Shown in pieces: positions 43,397 to 57,099 of a stretch of DNA of 64,000 nucleotides (positions within the stretch are counted from its first letter, which is position 1; each line of letters starts with the position of its first letter). The position numbers were made by a program, and so were the translations under genes. Under the pieces are notes generated by a model. That model saw only the letters and a program-made list of their open reading frames with translations, searched no databases and was not told the origin of the DNA. This stretch comes from Octopus vulgaris (taxonomy: Eukaryota): NCBI GenBank assembly GCA_951406725.2, contig OX597818.1:71796001-71860000 (forward strand), written 5' to 3'.

Positions 43397-45555
43397 ACAT
43401 ACATACATACATACATGCATGCATGCATGCATATGCATACGGACACACAAAAATAGGAAGAAATAAAGTTGCAAATGCTCTTGAAGTTTTTAGATCTATT
43501 TCCTTCAGAATCTCATAATTTTCAAAAGTTGTGTAAGATGGTGGGACGTAGAGTTATGCTGTAACTGTCTCAACTCTAGAGTTTGACAATTCGTTCCTTT
43601 TTACGAGGAGAATATAGCCCAGATTGCTCTCAGTAAAAACACTGTGTGATTGGCTGAAGATTGTCACGTGATCAGGCATAGAGCCTGGTTAATTCTATGA
43701 TGTTTGTATTTAGGATCTTGTGATTGTGTGAACGATAATTGCACCAAAGGTGAAGGCTTTGTTAGTTCAGTGACTGTATTATGTGACGTTAAGGACAATT
43801 GCGCATCATGTTCGCCTATAGCTCAGGTGACATCATGGACGATAATTATCTCAAAAGTCAACATTGTGTCAATCCACTGAATGTATCATGTGTTAGTATA
43901 AACAACATATTCTTAGAGTAGTTTGAGATACAGAAGCATATAGCAGTCTTGTCTGTAAGTGGCGGTAAAATACGTATTTGTATGTATGTATATATTTAGC
44001 GTTGTGTTTGAGGGAAGGAGTATGAACAACAATAGTGTCTTGGTGATTTAGTTTTGTTAGTTACTATAGTTACTATATGTATATTCAATGCGTTGTTATC
44101 GATTATTCAGCTATAGCTTGTAGTTTGTAATGAGCATATCTATTTGTGTTTAATCTGTGGTGTTATCAAAATAAAAGAGAGAAGACTAGGACTTTTGGGG
44201 ATTTGTTAGTTGCACACAAATCTAAATGTTCACTCAGTGAAATCTATCTGATGTTAGGATCTTATATATTTTGATGATGAATAACCAGCTAAGTTACATT
44301 TCGCGTGTCCTATGTAATCTTCGTTACCTCTCTAACATATAATAGCATAAATCAAATGTCTTGACGAAGAGGTAAAGTGAGTGTTAAGAGTAAAAAAACA
44401 ACTCCTGATTTAAACTTTGCCTTCTATTGTTGCCCGTTCAGCAGTTGCAGCAGTATAATTTTTGACAGAGTATTTTGCGAAAGAAAATTTGCTTATTAAA
44501 TAATACAAACAACGACAGAATAAACTTTAACAACATATCGATATATATATATATACACATACACATACATACATACATACTTACATACTTACATACATAC
44601 ATACATGCATACATACATACATATATATGTATGAATATTTATATGTATGAACATGTTTTTGTGTGTATATATGTTTATACCTACGTACCGCTAGGTAGAT
44701 GCATGCACATACATACATACATACATACATACATACATACATACATACATACATACATACATACATACATACAAACATGTGTACATACATACATACACAC
44801 ACACGCATATATATATGAGAGAGAGAGACAGAGACAGAGAGATGAAGGTATAAATCATTCTTACCGTACGAAGTATCTCTTATCTAAACGCTATTGAATC
44901 AGACGAAGAATCTTTTATTGATAAGCATGGAAAAGAGGCGTTAAAATAGAAAATTATGCGCAAATTAAAAAGTTTTATCTCGCCCATATTTAGTGATAGC
45001 AAAGAAGAATAGGAGAATTTTGACAGCAGAGAAGAATATTGTCAGAATCAGCTTTGATAAGTTACTTTTGTTTTTCTTACTCTTAACGTTAATTACAATG
45101 GTTTCTCTGTTGAAATATAGTAAATGGATGTCGTTCTCGGGGTGTGGACGCTCCATAGAAAGTGACCAGGTTTCAATTCCTGGTTAAAATAGATTAAGTA
45201 ATGTTTCATTATTACTTTACTCCTTTATTTGTTTCGTTTGCTGAACAACAGCCATACTGAGGCACCATATTGGACGGTTTAGTCAACTACACCGATTCCC
45301 CTATTATTCTTTCAGTCTGGTACTTACTTTTTGAGTCTGGTACTTATCCGATCGGTTGTTAAGTAGTAAGAGATCTATAAGAATACAAACGCTTGCCCCA
45401 TCCATCCATTCATTTATCCATCCATCCATCCATCCATCCATCCATCCATCCATCCACACAGACACAATTACATACGTATGTATGTATGTATGTATGTATG
45501 TATGTATGTATGTATGTATGTATGTATGTATGTATGTATGTATGTATGTATGTCA

Positions 45556-46275
45556 TTATTCAGTTTATTCCAAGATTTCTTGCCACTAGAGAAAGAACCG
45601 GTTTCTAACCTAGATTTAAGGCTTCTTCATTTCACATCAACAACAGGGTATGTATGTATGTATGTATGTGCAAATTTGCATGTTTTATATATGTATTCTC
45701 ATGCATTTAGCTGCATATCTAGACATGCTCATTTATGTTTAAATGATAAACTTTTGGAAAGTTTTACAGATTTTTACAGTTCCAGTGATGGATTGGATCT
45801 GTAGTCTACGAATTAGCTTTCTCCTTTCTGGTTTTGAGAAGCCTAATTTCTCAAGATTGGTATTTAGGCAGTGCGTTGCATTTCCCAAGGTCTCAATAAT
45901 TACAAGTATATTTTGGATTGAAGTTAAGCCTCTGCTACCTTGATTTCGTTTTAGGTAGAGGCGGTATACGTCAATATTTATGTGGAAATTATGTGTGCAT
46001 GCTAGTATTTTTCGGGTTTCGCATCAATGGCTCGGATTTCATCAAGCGTCCAATCAAGTAGCCCAAATCTTCGTATGAGTACTGGCACTGCAAACACATT
46101 GTGGGCCACTGTTCTGAGGGCCGAAGTTTCTTTATTCGGCTGTAATATTCTTTAGTGACACGTGCTTTGTTACAGGTGCTATTGTAAGATATATTTTCAT
46201 CCACCCCTAGATACCTGTAACATTCCTCGTCAGATACAGGCGAAACAGTCAAATCTTTGATTGAGATGTTACTAG
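45556..46275 (-). mobile_element. R4-clade LINE fragment (second family)
   Basis: 'EECYRYLGVDE...EYYSRIKKL', then LYL.R.QGSRGL, homologous to the 8590-8900 region. Confidence 0.65.
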
Positions 46276-46689
46276 TCTAGTTTGTATGTATGTATGTATG
46301 TATGTATGTATGTATGTATGTATGTATATATGATTTTTCATTTTAATTTAAGTTCTTCTTGTGAGAGTTCAAGCGGGTTGCTAACAAAGCGACAAAATTT
46401 TTGAGTCAAGAGAGTTTCCGGTGTTTGTAAATATGTGTTTGAGTTGGGGTGTTGCTTGATCTGTCGATGCATACATCCAAGTGTATGCATCTATTCACAT
46501 AAGAATCTCAGATGCAGAAATTTTGGAATGTTTTATGAATTCCAACTGTACAACTAATAGATTGGATTTGGAAAATCTGTGCCAGTTTCTTTTACTCTTT
46601 TTCTGTGTAATCGAATATTTCTAGGTTTTACAGGTACATAACCTACATATGTACCAACAAACAGTTATAGAAGAGATAGCATTTGAACC

Positions 46690-48660
46690 AACTTCATTTA
46701 ACTGTGAATAAGCTGAATAACAATAAGTCTCCAGGGTCTAATGGAATCTGTGCAGAAATATTGGAATAGGGGGGGGGGTGACAAAATGTTTGAACTCTTA
46801 AATATATTAATTTGTCACTGTTGGAGAACTGAGAAAGTGCCCCAAGACTGGATTAATACCATTGTAGTCTCCTTCTATAAATAGGGGCCAAAGGATCTGT
46901 GTGGTAATTTTCATGGGATTTCGCTTTTGTCTGTGGTTGGAAAGGTACTTGCCCGCATTTTGTTAGAAAGTTTAAATACATTCATAATTCCAAATATAGT
47001 GTCTGAGTCTCAGTGTAGTTTTCGTTCCTCCAGGAACACAGCTGATTGTATCTTTACTATCATATAATTGCAAGGAAAGTACACTGAACAGAATCATGTC
47101 CTATACCATTGCTTTGTTGATTTGAGCAAAGCATTCGATACTGATAATTGAGATGCTTTGTGACTAATTCTAAAGAAAAATAGGTTGCCCAGAAAAAATT
47201 GCAAACATAATCAGAGCTTTGAATCAAGATATGAAAGCTAGAGTTAACTTTGGTGGTAGGCTCTCTGAATCCTTTGCCGTGGAAAATGGAATAAAGCAAG
47301 GAGACCTTGATGCACCCACCCTCTTTGCAATATACTTTCCTGTTGTGTTGTCACACGATTTTCAAAACTCTGAGAAGGGTATTTATATAAAATATCGACC
47401 AACAGGGAATGTTTTTAATCTGAGAAGACTGAAATTCAAAACGAAGGTTTTTTTCTTCACACATTACGCTGACGATTGCGATCTTGTCAGTCAATCTAAA
47501 ACAGGTCTGCAATCTCTTCTATCTGCATTTGACTCAGCTTGTGATGATTTTGGCTTGATCATCAACTTGAAAAAAAAGAAAAGAAAAAAAACCCACTTGT
47601 AATGCATTAACCTATGTGTGGTGCTTTTTGTAACCCACTCCTAAAATGTTTGTTAAGGATAAGTTACTTGAGGTTGTCGATTCTTTCATCTACCCTGGGA
47701 GCTCTGTACAAAATGAAGGAAATCTTGATACAGAAATTCATCTGCAAATTCATTTGGTGACTTGGAGTCACGTTTTTGGTGCCAGCGACATATAAATAAG
47801 AATATAAAGCTGGCTCTTTATAAATCATTTGTCTTACCATCCCTGTTGTATTCTTGTGAAACATGGACTTGTTATGAAAGGCATTTTAAATTGTTAAAAC
47901 AATTCCACCAAAAATGCCTTCATCGCATTTTAAACATTAAGTGGAGTTCTTTTACTCCAAACACAGATGTCCTTGCATCTGCAGGCATCACCTCAATTAA
48001 AGGTATGATTTTGAGAAACCAAATAAGATAATGTGGCCATGTTCTTCAAATAGCAGATGAACGCATGCCCAAACAGCTGTTTTATGGTGAGCTTGCAGAG
48101 GGGAAACGCTATCGACGTAAACCTAAAAAAAGGTTTAAGAACGGCGTAAAGACAACTATGAAGTCACGTGGAATGGATCCAGAAGACATAGAAACCTTTG
48201 CTTCGGATCGAGCTGGATGGCGAACAAAAGTGTGGAGTGGAATGAAAGCGTTTGAAGAGACCAGGTTAACGCATGCCAGACTGAAAAGAGATTTAAGGAA
48301 GAATGTTACGATCGAGAAGGTGAATCACGATGACCTTTTTGTGAGCACAGTTTGTGACAGACCATGCCTTTCTTTGGGTGGGCACAAATCTCATTTGCGA
48401 ACCTCCAACAAATAGTCTGCCTATATGTTTGTGCACACCTTTGAATGCAATGTATGCTAGAAGGTTAGCAAATCCAACGGAAGCCTCAAAATATATTTTA
48501 AGGTTCACAAAGATCAGAACTTATCTGCAGCTCTGGGTGGTCCAAATCGTATGTGCAATCTGTGTGGGTGTCTTTTTCGAACATTGTCAGATGCCATGAT
48601 GGTTCTAAGTTGTAGGTACAGGAGGTGGTCAAACTCTGCATAAGGAGTAGACAACCACCA
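46690..48660 (+). mobile_element. RTE/BovB-like LINE, 5'-truncated and decayed
   Basis: GIKQG..APTLF, YADDC, LLYSCETW, RMPKQLFYGEL, C-terminal C2H2-like motifs; ends in (TGTA)n. Confidence 0.88.
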
Positions 48661-48694
48661 TGTATGTATGTATGTATGTATGTATGTATGTATG

Positions 48695-48725
<31 letters not shown>

Positions 48726-48739
48726 TTATATAACGATAG

Positions 48740-48905
48740 ATTTCTGTATAGTATCCGTCAACTAAATTCTATCACAATTCATTGGTCAGCCTTGGGGTTA
48801 TAGTAGACAGCGCTTTCCTAATGATCTGTGCAGTGGGACTTAACCAAAAGAAATACGCGGTTGCGATGCAAACATTCTTAATCACATAGCCCGACTTTCA
48901 CCTAC
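48740..48905 (-). mobile_element. SINE family A 5' half, old
   Basis: GCAGTGGGACT..AACC and CCGTC..CTAAAT motifs. Confidence 0.55.
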
Positions 48906-48960
48906 AGTAAACAGAGAGAGAGAGAGAGAGATAGAGAGGGGGGAGAGAGAGTGAGAGAGT

Positions 48961-49022
<62 letters not shown>

Positions 49023-49229
49023 CTCATATGATTTCCTCATTTGATGCTTTGAAATTTTCAAAGGTGAAGTTAAGATCTCTTGGAGATTGTGCCTAAATTT
49101 GAAACCAGTATTACTTCCGTTTCTGTCAGTCTAATCTTCGAGATATCTTAACCTCACTTTAGAAAAATTGAAAACCTGATAAAATCTTTCGAGTCTCTCT
49201 CTCTCTCTGTCTGACAGAGCAGATAGTAA

Positions 49230-49442
49230 TATTGGTTTCAATTTCGGCACAAGGCCAGCAATTTCGGGTAGGGGCAAAGTCGATTAAAACAACTCCAGTA
49301 CTAAACTAGTACTTATGTTATCGACCTCTAGGGAATGAAAGGCGAAGTTGACGACCCCGGCGGCATTTGATCTCAGAACGAAAAGTCGGAAGAAATGCCG
49401 CTAAGCATCTTTGCCGGTAACTGCTCTATCAACTTGCCGCAA
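49230..49442 (-). mobile_element. SINE family B copy
   Basis: Reverse complement of the family B body and tail. Confidence 0.75.
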
Positions 49443-50056
49443 TGAGAGCAAGAAGTAATATAAAATCCAAACGGTAATTTTTATACTGTTTTAGCTTGTA
49501 GTTTAGATTTTTACTCTTGGCTTTCTCAGCCTTTCCAAGATCGATTACGTCGATAGATATGATCAATATTCTTCTTGAACGGCTGTACGTCGATGGCTTC
49601 TAGTTAAATATGGATAGAAAGTGTATTCTCGAGTGGAAGTATTTGAAGTAGTGGCATATCGTATTTGATGGCATACGAGGCGAACAACTTTCCCTGCAAA
49701 AGTGTCTCAAAAATCACCCCAGCTCTAATATGCATAGTTGGGCATTCTATAAGCAAACTCTGTCCTTGACGCTCACTACTATAGGCTAAATTTAATCCAA
49801 ATAGTCCCTTCTACTTAGTTTATGGCCTGAGGATAGCAGCGAATACAACACTGGAGGCGAGACGTGTGGCGAATTAGTGGCGATGGAATGATAATCAGAC
49901 AGCGCTAACGAGCAGATACTGTTGTAGTAGCGATAGAAATATAAGAAAGGAAAGACAATATGTACATGGTTCAGAAGCTGGATTATTTTGGTGAATGACT
50001 TCATACCAGTTAGGAGAGTAACCGTTTTAGGGAATGTGATCTAGGACATCACTGTA

Positions 50057-50095
<39 letters not shown>

Positions 50096-51130
50096 CACCG
50101 TTCCACATTTGAAAGCAGTACTTTATTGTGGATTTCGTTTGTACATTGCAGATGGTTAGTTATTGTTGGGTGTGGAAGTGTTTTTTGACCCTAATATCAA
50201 AATCGGCTCGTATGTCATGAGCTAGTTTTTCGACGAGGCGAAATTTTTTGAAGCGTCTTATTTAGATGTCTTTTGTTTAAATTGCAAAACAAAGAAAACT
50301 AATTGAATCTTAATCTAGCTTCACATTTTATTCTCTGCTTTCTTCTGCGTATTGATTTTCAGCAAATAATGCCGCAAGCAACTTAAAAGACCATTCTAAT
50401 GACGGAATCTCTGAAACTATAAATCTTTAATCTGATATTTAAAGATTTATGACTTTAGATATTAAAATTCCAAAGAGTAATAGATTCATTTGTCAGTTAA
50501 ATAAAGGATTTATATGAATAAATGAAGAACTATGAATTATCTCGGAACCATGTCTGCGAAATTTATATTAGAACCGGAAGCTATTTTCAATTTTTATCTA
50601 ATCACTGCTGATAGATTCAGATCCAGAGAAAAAAACTAAACAAAACTCAGGAACCGAAGATTATTGAGTGAAATCAAATGTGGTGTAATGAACAAGAATA
50701 TAAAAGACTGAAACTACGATAAGTATAGGGTATAATGCCTTTTGAATAACACGGCTGTTTACCAATGCCAACGATTTCCTCTGTTCTTTGTCAGCCGTCG
50801 TAATTCTTCTATTCATGTAAATCTAATCATTGTTTTCCTTCAGATTAGAAGAAAAAAATAATAAATTGATAAAGATCAACGTGGAACTAAATGTTTGATA
50901 AACACTGTGGTTTCCAACTTGATGCCTGCTGCATCCAGTGAATCCATTCCTGCCAGATGAAAGGAATATTTTTATTAATTAGGAGATAAGGCCAAGAAAT
51001 ACTATGATGAGGAAACAGAGAAAATACTCCTTTTATCTTTCTCACACATGCACACAGATATACACAATCACACACACGCTCACGCATTCAAACACATATT
51101 TATATATGCATCTCTTTCTTCCCGCCCTTC

Positions 51131-51223
<93 letters not shown>

Positions 51224-51435
51224 TCTATCTATTCTATCTATCTATCTATTCTATCTATTCTATCTATTCTATCTATTCTATCTATTCTATCTATCTATCT
51301 ATTCTATCTATTCTATCTATCTATATATCTGTCTATCTACCTACCTATCTGTCTGTCTGTCTGTCTGTCTGTCTATGCATATATATAAGAAAATGAGATG
51401 ACAAAGGAATAAACGATTATGTTATGAACTTCATT

Positions 51436-51516
51436 AGCTTACAACTGTTTCTGCTGTAAGATGCAGTGAACTCATAGTTGAGTGCCTGAGTAAAACCTTA
51501 TAGCTTCATCGGAGCC
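51436..51516 (-). ncRNA. Type I hammerhead-like motif, U4C core, long stem II
   Basis: GGCT-CCGATGA-A-GCTATAAGGT...ATCTTACAGC-A-GAAAC-AGTT-GTA-AGCT. Confidence 0.65.
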
Positions 51517-51759
51517 TCGAATATGAAGTGCGATTTATTTATAGTATATATATAGAGAGGAATACATACATTTTTTAATTTTTCAGATAAATAAAATGAA
51601 AAGCTATTACCAATGTAGTTTTGGAAGTGAGGCTCAGCAAATTTCGGCAGTAGACTAAATTACAATTCCTCCACAAGTAATGAATAATTGTGATAGAAAT
51701 ACCAATATTTCTACTAAAACACAGATACAGATATAGTAAGTACTGTCTTGAGATCTAGG

Positions 51760-51970
51760 ACCTATAGGGCCGATTACTCGGTTTCCGTGGTGTATCACTA
51801 CATGGCCCTGAGCAGAATGCCTGCCCGTTGCAAGGTCATTCGTTTACTGCTGAGTGGATTGGAGCAACGTGAAATGAAGTTTTTCTTAAGAATACAACGC
51901 ATTGCCCAGTCTGGGAATCGAAACCACGATCTTGTTATCTTAACGCCGTAACCCTTAGCCCACACACCTT
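51760..51970 (-). mobile_element. Probable third SINE family
   Basis: Minus-strand B-box-like GTTTCGATTCCC, followed by a CORE-like TTCATTTCACGTTGCTCCA segment. Confidence 0.45.
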
Positions 51971-51987
51971 AATCAATATTGATAATT

Positions 51988-52901
51988 GTTTCTTATTTTG
52001 GTGCAAGGCCAGCAATTTTGAGGTTAGGGCAAAGTTGATAACATCGACCCCAAAACTTGATTAGTATTTTATTTTATATACCCTGAAAGGATGGAAGGTA
52101 AAACTGACTTGGCTAAGATTGGAAGTCAGAACGTAAAGGGCTGGAAAAATACCGTTAAGCATTTTGTCCGACGCGCTAACTCCAGCTCGTCGCCTTATAC
52201 CCGATATAGATAATCCTTTCTACAGTAGGCACAAGGCCTGAAATTTTGGCGGGAGGGGGCCTAGTCAAGTACATCAACCACAGTGCTCAACTAGTACTTA
52301 TTTCATTGACCTCAAAAAGTTAAAAGGCAAAGTCGACCTCTCACCAAAATTTGAACTTAGAACATAAAGACAGACAAAATGCCGCAAAGCATTTTGCCCG
52401 GCGTGCTTAACGGTTCTGGTAGTTCGTCGCCTTAAAAACTATATAGATAATTATTTTAATTTTTGGCACAGGGCTAGCAATATTGCTGGAGGGTGCAAGT
52501 TGATTTCATCGACCCCCAGTGCTCGACTGGTACTTGTTTTTGCTGACTCCGAAAGGATGCAAGGCAAAGTCGACCTCGGTAGAATTTGAACTGAGAATGT
52601 GAAGACAAAGCAAAATGCCACAAAGCATTTTGTCTGGCGTGCTAACCGTCCTCCACACTCGCTGCCTTAAACCTGGTATAAATAACGGTTTTAAATTTTG
52701 GCACAAGGCCAGCAAATTCGGGGGAGGGAGAAAGTAGATTACATCACCCACCTAGTACTCAGCTGGTACTTATTTTATAGACCCTGAAAGGGTGAAGGCA
52801 AAGTCGACCTCGGTAGAATTTGAACTTGAAACGTAAAGACGGACGAAATGTTCTGAAGTTCTTTGCTCGGCGTGCTAACGATTCTGTCAACTCGCCGCCT
52901 T
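51988..52901 (-). mobile_element. Four head-to-tail SINE family B copies
   Basis: Units of ~225 bp, each ending ...CTCGYCGCCTT on the + strand. Confidence 0.85.
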
Positions 52902-52929
52902 AGAACCCGATATAAATATTAAAAGAAAA

Positions 52930-53752
52930 TTTTGACAATGTCCAGGTTCCTGAGCCATATAGTAGAATTGGTTCGACTGTGGCTTTGAAGATTTCAAGTT
53001 TGAAGTCTCTACTGAGATTTGATGACCAGATCTTATGCATGTCATTACAGGCTGACCAGGCCATACCCTTTCTAGTTAGAAAATATTTTCCAGATGATGA
53101 TATGTATGACCCAAGATATTTGTAATCAGAAACCATATTTAAGAGCGCATCGTTGAGAGTATGGATGATGCAATCACTGTTGGACAGGCACTTGTTTATA
53201 TATTCAGTCTTGGCCTCATTGAGGTAAAGACTTACACAATTTGAGGCTTTTTCGAGAGATTGTAAAAGAGACTGGGCATTGGAGAGAGAATCACTGATAA
53301 GAGCGATGTCGTCAGCAAAGTCAGTGTCTGTCAAGTATTCAGCTGGGTGTCTGGAACTTCTTCTTGGTTTTATTTCAAAGCCCTTGCCAGAGATGGTATC
53401 AACTGACATACGTAGCACATAGTCAACGACAAATCTCTCGTGGAAGCGTCATCCAACCAAAATGCAAATATATGGGAAACTACCACCTGTGTCATTTCTT
53501 GTGAAAGGTAGGAGAGTCCGGTTTGCTGGACATTGTTGTAGAGCTGAAAACGAGGCAATTTCTACTCTTCTCTTCTGGAAGCCATCTACTCGCAATACCA
53601 GAGGGCGCACACTCTCCTACCCTGATGTAATCCTTTCCAGGGATACAGGCATCCAGCAACAGGACCTCCGTAATGCTATGATGGACCGTGAAGTCTGGCG
53701 TAGCATGGTAAATTGCATTGTCTCGACCACGGTCGAACAATGATGATGATGA
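52930..53752. mobile_element. RTE-group LINE with inverted 5' part
   Basis: Minus 52930-53431: DFADDIAL, YKYLGS, LLYGSGTW. Plus 53431-53752: NLSWKRHPT, RFAGHC, (GAT)n tail. Confidence 0.85.
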
Positions 53753-53797
53753 TGGAGAAATAAAGTCGGTTGGTTACTTAACTGTCATAAAATGAGA

Positions 53798-53865
<68 letters not shown>

Positions 53866-53867
<2 letters not shown>

Positions 53868-55488
53868 CGTTTATATATTTGTTGTGCAAGATTTTTTATG
53901 TGAAGTCGTGTGTTGAAACAGACATTGTTGTATTTCGGAATGGTCATTTTTCCAGTATAGCCAATAAAAACACACGCACTATATATTTGGTGTTACTTTG
54001 CTTCAATGTTATTTATTTTTTACATTAATCTTAATCTTATTTCGGTTAACAATTTCCAAGCCTGGAACAACGATATCCCGCACTGTATGGACTTCTCAAG
54101 GACCATAAAGTAACCACTGACCCTATAGCAGGACCACCAACAAGACCAATCTGTGGAGCGAATATCGGTAGCAACTACAGAATCTCCTACTTCCTTTCAA
54201 TGATCATACGCCCTATAATCCGGATGCCACCTGATGTTTGTGACAGCTTGGAAGATCTCCTCAGCAGGATCAACGACTGTAACAACACTTGCGACCCGAC
54301 AAGATGTATGGTGGGTAGCATGGATGCGGTATCCCTATACCCATCGATCGACGTGGATTTTGCGGTGGAGAAGTGCGTGGAGATGATCAACGAGAGCAAG
54401 GCGGAGTTCCGCAATGTCAACACAGAGGAACTGGGCCTCCTACTTAGACTGACATGTGATAACGAATACCTAGATAAACATAATCTTAGTAGTTTCTGCC
54501 CCAATAGACGTTTAAGAGGTAGACCACCCACAATTACTTCTATGGCTAGGAAGACCCATATAGAGAGATGGAGCGGATGGACCAGAGCCATACGGAGCCC
54601 CGCAAATGTCCATCAGGAAAAGAAAATGATCGCACATGCACTAGGAGCTAGTATAAGAGTTACCCTAAAAGGCCACACGTTTAAGTTTAACAATAAAATA
54701 TATGCCCAGGACGAGGGGGCAGCCAAAGAAGAAAATAGGGAAGGCCAACTCTTGGTATGATAGCCATAAATACTAGAGTGTCATATTCGTTGACACCACC
54801 CCTAGAGGTGAACTGGCGTACCGCTTTAGAAGGACCCTAGACAAACTTTAGCTAAGGATTAAGGTTGTTGAAAAGCCAGGCAACCCTATCAAATCCATAA
54901 TTGGTAGAACCTACCCTTTTAGTAGAACCCCCAGTACGGATAGGTACTGTACTGTGTGTCGATTTAGCCCACAAACAAACTGTAAAGCTAGAAATGTAGT
55001 CTATAGTATAAGATGTATAGAGGGATGATACAGTAACAAGACAACGACATACGTAGGGGAAACGGCACGAAGCATAGGAGAACGGGTAAATGAACCTTGA
55101 AGGGAACTTAAGGAAGGAAAGAGCTCATCGATTCTGTACCAACACGCCGAGCAGGAACACGGGGGATCAATCAACAACATAGAGGTTAAAATCTTATCCA
55201 CACATACAACAGATGCAATAATCAGACAAATTACGGAAGCTACACACATAATAGAAGATAAACCTAGCCTGAATAGGAAACTGGAATGGAACACTAGCAC
55301 ACACCGCAACATATGACAGAAGAGGATCCCCATAAACTGGTTACAATATAAACAAAACCGAAAACATAATAAATAAAATATACAGATAAATAAACAAATA
55401 GAAATAAATAAATATATAGGTTTCTTTTTTTTTTTAATTTAAAAGATTTTTTTTTAATTTTTAAAATTAAAAAAAAATTTTTTTAATG

Positions 55489-55528
<40 letters not shown>

Positions 55529-55972
55529 GTTGTTATACATACAAGCATACGTAATAATAATAATGATAATAATAATAAGTGGATGTAAACATGAACAAAA
55601 TAAAAAATAAGGATAAACAAAAACAAAAACAAATTACACGAACGTATATAAACAGAAGATACAAATATTACAGGCACCCCCCTACACTAACTAAACATAG
55701 ACGCACATGGAGATATACGCATGCGCAAATGAAGACAATACAATAGAAATACAAAATGGCTGACGGTTAGTAAGGAGGAGAGACACAAATAAGAAAGAAA
55801 AAGCAAAGGACCACTGATGCGGTCACAGGAGTGTGACGAAAGAAATCTGGCCGAAATAAGATTAAGATTAATGTAAAAATTAAATAACACTGAAGCAAAG
55901 TGACACCAAATATATAGTGCGTGTGTTTTTATTGGCTAAACTGGCAAAATGACCATTCCGAAATACAACACT
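53866..55972 (+). mobile_element. Penelope-like element, internally deleted, with inverted 5' terminal repeat
   Basis: LYGLLKDHK, SMDAVSLYPSI, FKFNNKIY; GIY-YIG NVVYSIRC..YVGETARS; 53920-54045 is the reverse complement of 55851-55970; (TA)n on both flanks. Confidence 0.88.
55808..55852 (+). ncRNA. Hammerhead-like motif, A9C variant (same family as 22332-22376)
   Basis: CCA-CTGATGC-G-GTCACA GGAG TGTGAC-GAAA-GAAATC-TGG. Confidence 0.45.
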
Positions 55973-56058
55973 TTATATATATATGTATATATATATAACA
56001 ATTGCAGTGTGGAAGAAACACCAAACACCGTTCGATTCACTTCAACATTTAAATTTCA

Positions 56059-56109
56059 TTTGTCAAAATATTTTCGTTGCTTTGAGACTGCGACCTGCTC
56101 ACTGACAAA
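56059..56109 (-). ncRNA. Minimal type I hammerhead with G3:C8 swapped core
   Basis: TTTGTCA-GTGAGCA-G-GTCGC AGTCTCAAA GCAAC-GAAA-ATATTT-TGACAAA. Confidence 0.65.
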
Positions 56110-56145
56110 ATTCCGTGCTGCATCTGAGAAAGTAACAGTTAGTTC

Positions 56146-56176
<31 letters not shown>

Positions 56177-57099
56177 TGTATGTATGTGTGTATGCATGTA
56201 TGCATGTATGCATGTATGCATGCATGTATGCATGTATGTATGTATGTATGTATGTATGTATGTATGTATGTATGTATGTATGTGTACATGTATGTGCGTA
56301 TGCATATGTGTACATGCGTATGCATGTGTGCTCGCCTATACGCATGTATGTATGTACGTACGTATGTACTTATGTATGTACGTGAGTATTTAGGTAAGTG
56401 TGTAGACGTGTCTGTGTGTGTGTACATGTGTATGTACATGTGAACGTATGTTTATGTACTGATATGTGTCTGTTCAAGTTATATACAAGACTGTTACTTT
56501 GTTGAAGTTTGTATACATATACACATATATGTATATAGACACACATACATATATATGTGTTTGTATGTGTGCATTTGTCCCTCTCACTACCGTCTAACAG
56601 TGAATGGATGCAACGTCTTAGATACATATATGCACATATAACCTTATTTATACATATATACAAGTACACACAATCATATACACACCTACACACACTCACA
56701 AATATACGTTTAATTTTAAAGTATACACACATATACGCTTATCCATCTCTACACATATATATATGACACTATTTTCACGGACAACGGTTAAAATTCAAAT
56801 TTGCTTTATTTTGTTCTTTTTATTCTTTTTTGAAACTTTTTTACACGCATACATATACAATACATACATATATCTACATATACTCATATGTGCATGTATG
56901 TACATACTCATACACTAACATACACAACACACAACACATACACACACGTACATACACACATGCATCTACACATACGTACATATGTATCAAACTATATATG
57001 CTCATACGGTTATATATAACTACGTATATGTGTTTTAGTATCATGGATTTCAACATGTATGTATGGATTTTCACATGTAAATGAGAGAGAGGGGTGGCT

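Noticed and set aside
50833-50900. Possible terminal exon after ttttccttcag (LEEKNNKLIKINVELNV*)
   Set aside because: Too short, no recognisable homology, and no supportable upstream exons.
51988-52901. Repeat-spacer array superficially like CRISPR
   Set aside because: Units are ~200-bp diverged SINEs in a eukaryotic context, with no cas genes.
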